Source: Paraspadella gotoi
Lineage: Eukaryota; Animalia; Chaetognatha
Assembly: GCA_051294375.1 (NCBI GenBank)
Contig: CM119264.1
Location: 31,469,007-31,500,457, forward strand
Length of the DNA: 31,451 nt
Direction of reading: 5' to 3'
Made by a program: the position numbers and the translations under genes. This document shows positions 22,964 through 31,451 of the stretch, piece after piece. Under the pieces are notes generated by a model. It saw only the letters and a list, made by a program, of their open reading frames with translations, was not told where the DNA came from and searched no databases. Each line of letters opens with the position of its first letter. Within the stretch, counting starts at the first letter, position 1.

Positions 22964-23210
22964 TCTCTCTCTTCTACAACAAATACCGTGAGGCAAACGA
23001 AGGACAGTCACACCGCTTCTTTATTGACGGATCCTTGCTACCCCGCTGTCTCAAGTGTGGCTCTCTCCTCTTCTTTGCACTCTCTCTCCTTCTTCTCCAT
23101 CTCAATCTCCAGTCTCTCATCGACTCAGATTTGTCAGCTCCAGTCTCGATCCTCTCTCTCTCTCATCTCTCTCTCTTTCTCTCTCTCTCTCTCATTTCCT
23201 TTTCTCTCAA
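22664..23210 (+). repeat. Polypyrimidine (CT)n/(CTTT)n tracts, followed by (GTC)n at 23284-23320
   Basis: Microsatellites are directly visible. Confidence 0.9.
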
Positions 23211-23283
23211 GGAGACTGGCCAGACTAATGGCCAACGGTTTTTCTGAGAAAAAAAATAAAAACAAAAGAAAAAGAATCACAAA

Positions 23284-23320
<37 letters not shown>

Positions 23321-23803
23321 TCATAGTCGTCTTCATGTTAATCTTCATTTTAATACGTAATCACCTAGTCAAAAATATTATCATTTCAATTTAAGTTAAT
23401 TTACCTATTATTTAGGGTTAGGGTTTTATTTCTAGTTATAATTTTTTTAAAGAAACATATCTACAAATAAAAATTTGTAGATGTCATTGTCATGTTAATG
23501 AAATGTCAAGTTAACAAGTCATGTTAATGACATCCTAACTTTTCTCTATTGATTTTACTTTGTCTCTGGAGAAATAAGTCTCAGAAGAAAAGAGAGAAAA
23601 GTAGAAAGAAAAGATAGAAAGAAAAGAAGAGAGAAAAAAGATAGAAAGATAGGAAAAGAGAAAAAAGATAGAAAATCAGAAGACAAAAATATCGTAAGGA
23701 AATAAAAAACAAATAAAAGAAAGATATTAAAAAAATTGTTAATATTAATTTTTATCATATTTACTAGATTTTATCTTGCAGTGAAATTTCACTTTTAACA
23801 ACT

Positions 23804-23848
<45 letters not shown>

Positions 23849-23925
23849 TTCTCTCACAACAACGACAATAACGACAACTTGGCTCAGATTTCTCTCCCTC
23901 TCTCGCGAATAAATTTTGTCGCCTT

Positions 23926-23946
23926 CGGGATTCGAACCCGCGACCT
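23926..23946 (-). pseudogene. tRNA-derived fragment (variable loop plus T-arm/B-box)
   Basis: Minus strand AGGTCGCGGGTTCGAATCCCG. I cannot find a D-arm, A-box or acceptor stem. Confidence 0.55.
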
Positions 23947-24118
23947 TCGAAACCCAGAGGCCGTCGGTCAGAAACGCGGAGAGAATCGCTCGACGAAATC
24001 TGAAGAGAATCTGAAGAGAATGTCAAGGACATGTCATGTTAACATTGCGGAATTATAATTCATGTTTATGACATGACAAGTAGATCAATATCAAAATAAA
24101 CTAATCAGATTTTGAAAT

Positions 24119-24641
24119 AACAAGTTTGAGCAAACAATGTCGGATCTGCCCACGATCATTATCGGTAATTAATTAATTAATTAATAAATAATTAATTAAT
24201 AATAATTAATTCAAGTTAATTACTAATTAATTTATTCAAGTTAATTATTTAATTAATTAAACAATTAATTTATTAATTTGATCCAAAATGTTTGTTTTGA
24301 TTGATTAATTGAAAGATTAATTAATTATTGATTAATTAATTGACTAATTGATAAATTAACTGATTAATTATTTGATTAATTAATACATCTTGCATTTAAA
24401 TTTAAAGAAAAAGAAGCATAATCAATTAGTGAAACAGGTTCTTTGTTTTTTTCATTTAAACTCATTTCCACTCAAATGTTTCCATCGAAACTTAAATTAC
24501 ACTTTTCTACCCAAATACAAAATTTCAAGTCAATCGCCCCATCCACTCATGAGTAATTGGTGTTCAAATAGTGAAATATATATTTTAGTTTTTTTCCATT
24601 AAAAACTCATTTCCACTCGGACGATTCCATCGAAACTTCAT
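24119..24641 (-). mobile_element. Second DINE-1/HINE-like copy; 5' part missing or in the gap
   Basis: 24119-24149 is the exact 31-nt reverse complement of 18131-18161. 24440-24560 aligns to 10891-11000 (CCAATTACTCATGA.TGGATGG..GATTGA..TGAAATTTTGT). It has a different, AT-rich central array. 24596-24641 repeats 24455-24495. Confidence 0.75.
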
Positions 24642-25058
24642 NNNNNNNNNNNNNNNNNNNNNNNNNNNNNNNNNNNNNNNNNNNNNNNNNNNNNNNNNNN
24701 NNNNNNNNNNNNNNNNNNNNNNNNNNNNNNNNNNNNNNNNNNNNNNNNNNNNNNNNNNNNNNNNNNNNNNNNNNNNNNNNNNNNNNNNNNNNNNNNNNNN
24801 NNNNNNNNNNNNNNNNNNNNNNNNNNNNNNNNNNNNNNNNNNNNNNNNNNNNNNNNNNNNNNNNNNNNNNNNNNNNNNNNNNNNNNNNNNNNNNNNNNNN
24901 NNNNNNNNNNNNNNNNNNNNNNNNNNNNNNNNNNNNNNNNNNNNNNNNNNNNNNNNNNNNNNNNNNNNNNNNNNNNNNNNNNNNNNNNNNNNNNNNNNNN
25001 NNNNNNNNNNNNNNNNNNNNNNNNNNNNNNNNNNNNNNNNNNNNNNNNNNNNNNNNNN
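24642..25058. other. Assembly gap (417 N)
   Basis: N run. Confidence 0.98.
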
Positions 25059-25197
25059 GGGAAGAGAAAGGACGGCCGAAAGACGCATTGGGGGCCTGGT
25101 AAACCCTCAAGCTTGGTTCCAAGCCCAGTACCCCGTCCATGACTGCAGAGGGGGCATTGAAGTTACACAGCCTGAAGCACACTTAGCGCCTAATCCA
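25059..25197 (+). mobile_element. SINE-like repeat, copy 3 (3' body; head hidden in the gap)
   Basis: Reverse complement TGGATTAGGCGCTAAGTG..TGGGCTTGGAACCAAGCTTGAGG aligns with 21428-21530. Confidence 0.62.
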
Positions 25198-25279
25198 CAA
25201 CTTTACGTCAATAAAAATGAGAGAACGAAGCTTTGTTCCATGTGGAAATAACCATATGTTTTATCCTATAGTCACTTCC

Positions 25280-25314
<35 letters not shown>

Positions 25315-25445
25315 TAATTAACTTGTAACGGGAAATGGTTATTGGATATTGACTTGGGCGATTATCATCCGAGATATAACGAGGCAGAGTTTCCCTTTCT
25401 ATGCTTCGACGCTGAAAGATGTGGGGAAGTTTATCTTATCTATTC

Positions 25446-25478
<33 letters not shown>

Positions 25479-25696
25479 NNNNNNNNNNNNNNNNNNNNNN
25501 NNNNNNNNNNNNNNNNNNNNNNNNNNNNNNNNNNNNNNNNNNNNNNNNNNNNNNNNNNNNNNNNNNNNNNNNNNNNNNNNNNNNNNNNNNNNNNNNNNNN
25601 NNNNNNNNNNNNNNNNNNNNNNNNNNNNNNNNNNNNNNNNNNNNNNNNNNNNNNNNNNNNNNNNNNNNNNNNNNNNNNNNNNNNNNNNNNNNNNNN
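25479..25696. other. Assembly gap (218 N) inside a (GA)n microsatellite
   Basis: N run flanked by (GA)n on both sides. Confidence 0.98.
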
Positions 25697-25731
<35 letters not shown>

Positions 25732-26479
25732 TATTAATCGATTATATCCAAAATTGTAAAATGTTTTGATGAAATAAATTTTGACGCTGAAACCAAAAAT
25801 TGTTTCCTTTGGCAAAAACTGAGTCTCTCTTCTCATGAGCGAATATTTGATTTTAGCGCCAACAATGTCTCTGTCTCTCACACTCTCTCTCTTTCCTTCT
25901 CTCTCCCTCTCTCTCTTCCTTCTCCCTCTTTCTCCCGACTCATTCCTTTCTCTCTCTTTTCTCTTTCTATCCCTCCCTTTCTACTTTTCCTTTCTTTTTT
26001 TGGCGCTGTCTCTCTCTCTCCCTCACTCTCTCTCTATCTCCCTTTGTTTATTTACGTTTGTTTGCCTCCTTGCCACTTTAGTCTCTTTGGCTTCCATTAA
26101 CAAGATTAGGACAATTTCCTCTGGAAGCGTTGAGTATTCAGCTGACGGCGTTTAGCATTCATCATTCAAACTACTATTCCTGTATTTAGCTTCATAATTC
26201 ATACATTTTCTTTCATATGCGTTGTTTGTATCGGCCATTGCCCAGGTTTGGATGTTAGAATTATTTATTCGGGCACTGTTTTCCAAAATCTTATCACTAG
26301 CCAATGACAAAATCTTTAAGCTTAATAAATTAATTCTCAATTTAAGCTGATATGGGGAGCGTTTTCTTAATAATGTGAAAATGATAAAATTTTTGAAAAT
26401 TAAAATTTAGTATATAAAACATGAAAAAAAAAATAATAAAAATATTTTGGTAAATTAATTTCTTAATTTTATACATTAG

Positions 26480-26760
26480 TTGGCGCCAGTAATAGGTATA
26501 TCATATGCTAAAATTTCAAAACACAATTTTTTTAAATTTTAAGATCGGATTTAGATTTTTTGCAAAAAGTAGATATAAGAAAGTATATTTCTTTTTTAAA
26601 AATTCTTTTATTAAGTTGTTTAAAAATATAAAAAACTAAATTTAAGAAGCCGATTTTCAATTTTCAGCTTAAAAATATAGTTTTTTGGAATTTTAACCTA
26701 CTTAATGACATAATTTTTGAAAAATATTTATATTTTCTTTTATCTACTTTTCACGAGGAA
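26480..26760. mobile_element. Fragment related to the centre of the 7643-9778 foldback element
   Basis: Aligns with 8270-8350 joined to 8605-8772 (e.g. ATATTTTCTTTTATC.AC.TTT.ACGAGGAA) and is itself loosely palindromic. Confidence 0.55.
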
Positions 26761-26836
26761 TATGATAGTTTTCAAGATATAACTGCTAAATTTTGAATCC
26801 AAAGATTCACTTCACCGACTGAAGAGTTTTATCCTC

Positions 26837-27047
26837 AACTTCTTTAACCCCTCGAGCAGCCATGAAACGGGGCTTGAAACCGGGCTTGAAACGGGGCTTG
26901 AAACCGGGCTTGAAACCGGGCTTGAGGGTTTTCCAGACCCCGAAGGCGATTTACAGCCGGACTCTGGACTCTTAAGAAGGGTTGATATTGAAGCCGGTAC
27001 TTTGCGGTCGTGAGCTGATGGTTTTACTCAATGAGCCACCGGGTCAC
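26837..27047 (-). mobile_element. SINE-like repeat, copy 2, with internal 12-bp tandem expansion
   Basis: Shares TTAACCCCTC.AGCAGCCA and TCAATGAGCCACCG.GTCAC with copy 1. GGGCTTGAAAC(C/G) is repeated about five times at 26864-26925. Confidence 0.62.
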
Positions 27048-27186
27048 TCGGGCTTAATTTGGACAATGTTCGGTACAATTGAGAAAATCCGGCCAATTAA
27101 ATCATGGAGCAAAAATGAACAAAAAGAAGTAAATTAAAAGAAAAACAAAAAAATCTTTGATTTTAGTTTTTTTTATATTTTAAGCC

Positions 27187-27395
27187 TTTCCATTTCATCC
27201 CTTCTTTTATTTCTTTTTTCCTATTTTCCTATCTTCTTTCTTTCCTTGTTTCTCTTTCCATTTCATCTCTTCCTTTATTTCTTCTTTCTTATTTTCCTAC
27301 CTTCTTTCTTTCCTTGTTTCTCTTTCCATTTCATCCCTTCTTTATTTGTTTCCTATTTCCCTACCTTCTTTCTTTCCTTATTTCTTCTTCCTTTT
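27187..27395 (+). repeat. ~65-70-bp pyrimidine-rich tandem repeat, about 3 copies
   Basis: CTTTCCATTTCATC...TTTCCTA.CTTCTTTCTTTCCTT recurs three times. Confidence 0.8.
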
Positions 27396-28167
27396 TCCCT
27401 TTTGTTTACTCACGATCTCAGATTTTTTCAAAGTCGCACAAAACTTTTTCACCGGGCCAAAAAATCGTCATACAAAATTCGCTCACGATTCACATTTTTT
27501 ATTAACGTCCTCAAAAGAAATTTAAGAAAAAAACCTTTCATTTCACTGATTCTCGTATTAGATAAAAATCGCAGAATTTGATATGTGACTTTTATATTTG
27601 TTTTTATCCCTTTTGTACATCTTATCGGAATTTCACGGAGGACTTACTTGTACGGGTGTGTGTGACGAGGTCCTAAGGCGCAGCATAGGGGAAAACCAGC
27701 AAGGGTGGAAAATACTAGATTCGAGGCGAACTGTGTCAGAACAAGGCGCAGCATAGTGGCAGAGAGTACAAAGTGTCAGACGTACTTTGGACTCTTCGAA
27801 TCGTCCGGGCACAGTACGGCAGGGTGTTAGCCCGCTGCGTAACTGACACAAAATTAAGATCGCTCAAGTGAGTAGCAATGATTGAGAACAAATGATTGAC
27901 ACACGTTAGGCGACTCTTTAGTGCAGCTAGAGACCGAGACGATCCTCCGACTAGTCCGGGAAGTGGAGAGAGAGAGAGATGCGGCCGAGAGACAGACCGC
28001 GCCATAGAGAGGAGAGAGAGAGAGATGACTAAGAGTAAGAGAGAGAGAGTAGAGAGAAGAGAGGTTTTCTGCGTGGACCCAAACTATTATGCCATATTTT
28101 ATTTGAGTTTGTCTCGCGAACGTCAATCGATGTCGTAATTGATGTCCCCTCCAGGACCAAATCTGAG

Positions 28168-28201
<34 letters not shown>

Positions 28202-28513
28202 AGAGAGAGACAGAGAGAGGAGAGAGAGAGACGAGGAGAGGAAGAGTCGGTAAAATCTTCAACGGACATCGTAGCTTTTTTCCCAACATTTAATATTGCG
28301 CTCCAGTTATTTGGAGGTGAACTATCATTTTTATTATTAAGCAATTGAATTTTTTTTAAAATTTAAACATTTAATCTTAAACTATTCCATAAGTAAATTC
28401 TGAACGAAATGTGCACAAACTGGAAAGCCTCGGTAATCAGAAAAACTGGGGGACGAGCGTTCGGAAGAAGGGCGAAACAGCGACTCGGGGCTGATAATGA
28501 AAGGAAAAGGCTG

Positions 28514-28831
28514 NNNNNNNNNNNNNNNNNNNNNNNNNNNNNNNNNNNNNNNNNNNNNNNNNNNNNNNNNNNNNNNNNNNNNNNNNNNNNNNNNNNNNNN
28601 NNNNNNNNNNNNNNNNNNNNNNNNNNNNNNNNNNNNNNNNNNNNNNNNNNNNNNNNNNNNNNNNNNNNNNNNNNNNNNNNNNNNNNNNNNNNNNNNNNNN
28701 NNNNNNNNNNNNNNNNNNNNNNNNNNNNNNNNNNNNNNNNNNNNNNNNNNNNNNNNNNNNNNNNNNNNNNNNNNNNNNNNNNNNNNNNNNNNNNNNNNNN
28801 NNNNNNNNNNNNNNNNNNNNNNNNNNNNNNN
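28514..28831. other. Assembly gap (318 N)
   Basis: N run. Confidence 0.98.
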
Positions 28832-29064
28832 CTTCCTCTCTTCCTGCCATCCTGCTTTCCCTGCCTGATTTTTCGATTGTTCATCAAATTCTCTATTCTA
28901 ATCAAAGGCATTACTTTATCTCTTGATTATGGCTCGTCAACTCTTCTAAACTGTTCTAAACTGTTCTAAACTATTCTAAACTTTTATAAACTATAAATGT
29001 TTTTTCACAAAACTTTTTGATAAGTAATTAATTTATTTCGTCTTTACTGCACCTAATATTTTTG

Positions 29065-29312
29065 TTCTCCTACTTCACCAATGATTCTCCTATTCCACAA
29101 ATGATTCTTCCACTTCATTAATAATTCTCGTATTTCAATTACTATGAAATTCCCACTTCACAAACAATTTTTCTCTAAACTTAAAAATCATTATTTCATG
29201 TATTCCACCAATTATTCTCCTATTTCACCAGAGATTCTCCTACTACAGGAATGGTTCTCCCATTTCAACTATTAATCACCAACGATTCTCCTATTTTACC
29301 CATAATTCTCTT
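29065..29312 (+). repeat. Degenerate ~20-bp tandem repeat (TCACCAATGATTCTCCTATT)
   Basis: ATTCTCCTAYT / CACCAA motifs recur at ~20-nt spacing. Confidence 0.7.
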
Positions 29313-29499
29313 ATTTCCCTGTCACTTCTCTCTTTTCTTTTCTCCTATCTTTGCCTCCTTCAATTTCAGGACACAATTAGCGTCCGTCCGTCTATTTGTC
29401 CGTCCGTCCGTCCGTCCGTCCATTAGGACTCCACCTCTTAATCTTTTTCTTTTCTTGAGACCAAATGTTGAACGGGGATTGAAAACCTCAAGAAAATGG

Positions 29500-30015
29500 A
29501 TTGGCCACAAACCCAATTTTGTGAACAAAGCTCAATGTTGGCCACAAAGAACAATGATAATCACAAAGCCCAATCTTGGCCACAAAGCCCAATGTTTGCC
29601 ACAGAGAGCAATGTTAACCACAAAACCAAATTTGCCACAAAGCCCAATCTTAGACACGAACCCAATTTTGGTCACAAAGCTCAATGTTGGCCACAAAGAG
29701 CAATGTTTACCGCAAAGCCCAATCTTGGCCCCAAATCCCAATCTTGGCCACAAACGCAATGTTGGCCACAAACCAAATTTTGGCCACACACACAATGTGG
29801 GCCACAAAATCCAATGTTTGCCACAAAGAGCAATGTTTACCGCAAAGCCCAATCTTGGCCTCAAATCCCAATCTTGGCCACAAACGCAATGTTGGCCACA
29901 AAGCCTAATCTTTACACAAACTCAATGTGGGCCACAAAGCCCAATCTTGGCCACAAAGCTCAATCATGGCTTCAAAGCCCAATCTTGGTCACAAACCCAA
30001 TGTGAGCCACAAAGG
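29500..30015 (+). repeat. 19-bp minisatellite (TTGGCCACAAAGCCCAATC)n, preceded by (GTCC)n at 29382-29421
   Basis: About 27 units, some of 20 bp; a higher-order block at ~29690-29770 is repeated at ~29820-29900. Confidence 0.95.
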
Positions 30016-30218
30016 CCAAAGAGCAAACATCTACCAAAGTCAGCAAATGAAGGTCAATCATTTTTCTCAGTAGAGAATCAAATGTTTTTTCCAAAAAATA
30101 TTTTTTCACGAAAATCAAATAGATTTTTATCGCTCTGAGGGTTTTATCTAATTGATAGGAAAGAAAAATAGCGAATAAACTAGACTATGAGACGATCTTG
30201 ATTGAAAGCTTGTAGGTT

Positions 30219-30330
30219 CCTGCTATGTTATTATCTTGTATGTGTGATGGAGGCCTAAAACAACCAAAGCTTGTCCATTGTCCAAATTCAGAGGCAAGAT
30301 AGCTCATTTATTAAATGAATTGATAATTAT
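30219..30330 (+). repeat. Second copy of the 10272-10375 interspersed repeat
   Basis: Shared blocks CTATGTTATTAT.TTGTA, GTGATGGAG and GGCAAGATAGCT.ATTTATTAAATGAAT. Confidence 0.7.
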
Positions 30331-30623
30331 TGATTGGAAAATATTTAAAGCTAATTTATAATTGCAATTAACGGATTTTTGTGTCATTTTAAGCAGTTAA
30401 ACTGGCAACCTTGAGTTGAAAAAAAATTCTACCTTCCACAAAATAAACAAAATTATTACATTAACATAGTAACTATAGTTTAATTTTATTTAGTATAGCA
30501 CTAAAATAAGTTGTTTTTCACATTAAAATCAAAGTTTTCTGCCACAATGTTTTTTTTTCTCTTTTCGGTTTTGAATCTAATCTGAGGAAAATCATGAAAA
30601 CAAACTGTTGAAAGATTAAAACT

Positions 30624-30694
30624 GGTCAGAAGTGGTGGTCAGTAGTGGTCAGAAATGGTCAAAAGTGATCATAAATGGTCAGAAGTGGTCAGAA
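30624..30694 (+). repeat. 10-bp tandem repeat (TGGTCAGAAG)n
   Basis: About seven imperfect units. Confidence 0.85.
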
Positions 30695-30781
30695 GGTGGG
30701 GAAAAGGGACAAGGGACAAGTTAGGGCAAGGAAACAAAGACTCAGGGGTGTGAAACTGGGAAGTTAATTGTCATAAGAGAT

Positions 30782-30931
30782 AAGGAGAGAAAGATAAAGA
30801 AGGAGAGAAAGATAGAGAAGGAGAGAAAGATAGAGAAGGAGAGAGAGATGGAGAAGGAGAGAAAGATAGAGAAGGAGAGAAAGATAGAGAAGGAGAGAAA
30901 GAGAAGGAGAGAAAGATAGAGAAGGAGAGAA
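30782..30931 (+). repeat. 18-bp tandem repeat (AAGGAGAGAAAGATAGAG)n
   Basis: About eight near-perfect units. Confidence 0.9.
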
Positions 30932-31451
30932 ATATTTCTTTTTCTTTTATTTAACTTAAAATATGGAATTCGCTCTCTGCTCGATGCTTTACTTGATTGG
31001 CCACTTCATGATCAGCGGGCATGGCATGGCAAGGCATTGTATGGCATGGCGGCGAAGTCACGAAACTCGAACAAAAGGGAATCAGTTTTTGATCGCGATG
31101 AACTTCGCTGACAGAAAAGATGATGATGAGGAGGAGGATGAGGAGGGGGAGGAGAGAGAAAGAGGAGAAGGAGAAAGAGGAGTAGGGGAGGAGGAGGAAG
31201 ATGAGGAAGAGGAGAAAGAGAAAGAGGAGGAGGGGAAGATGAAGATGAGAAGGAGAAAGAGGAGGAGCAAGGGGAAATGGAGGTCAGTGCAAAAAGTGAG
31301 TTGAAAGTAAGAGCGAAGTTGTAAAGTAAGGAAAATGTCATGTGAGGCTTGGAAGAGAAAAAAGTAAGGACATGGACGTGATAAGAAAAGGAGTTAAGAA
31401 GAGTTCGGGAGAAGGGATCAGGTAAGCAAGGAGAATGGATCAGGTAAGCAA

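Noticed and set aside
23900-23995. Intact tRNA gene
   Set aside because: Only the variable loop and T-arm are present; no cloverleaf.
18131-24149. The 31-bp inverted match as TIRs of a 6-kb DNA transposon
   Set aside because: Each is the 3' end of a separate HINE-like copy whose body extends outward; no transposase lies between them.
26085-26145. Minus-strand YSTLPEEIVLILLME resembling an F-box start
   Set aside because: Preceded by an in-frame stop, lacks the rest of the motif and has no convincing splice sites.
24585-28969. ORFs containing long X runs
   Set aside because: Artefacts of reading through N gaps.
29500-30015. CRISPR-like appearance of the tandem arrays (also 11063-11296)
   Set aside because: Units are head-to-tail with no unique spacers, there are no cas genes and the context is eukaryotic.
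29251-30138. 295-aa ORF, the longest in the track
   Set aside because: It spans a stop-free 19-bp minisatellite that is open in several frames on both strands; the unit is not a multiple of three and there is no domain.

Overview
This is a eukaryotic (metazoan, probably invertebrate) draft-assembly window. It is AT-rich, dominated by GA/CT low-complexity tracts and has six N-gaps; nearly all ORFs in the supplied track are artefacts of low complexity. One coding signal is recognisable: a frameshifted minus-strand exon at 550-790 encoding the first LIM domain of a Lim3/Lhx3-4 LIM-homeobox gene, so the rest of the window is probably intron or upstream DNA of that gene. The non-coding DNA is a nest of small mobile elements. 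These include four distinct minimal hammerhead-ribozyme motifs of the Penelope-like-element type (two with inverted tails, one in an insert with a 7-bp TSD), a ~2.1-kb foldback element that hosts three of them, two DINE-1/HINE-like elements, three copies of a tRNA-headed SINE-like repeat and several minisatellites. About 6.6 kb (11489-18128) is a direct plus inverted duplication of neighbouring sequence, most likely a chimeric long-read gap fill. I see no clearly new biological system; the hammerhead-bearing mini-elements are the best candidate for something undescribed. All alignments were made by eye, so boundaries are approximate.
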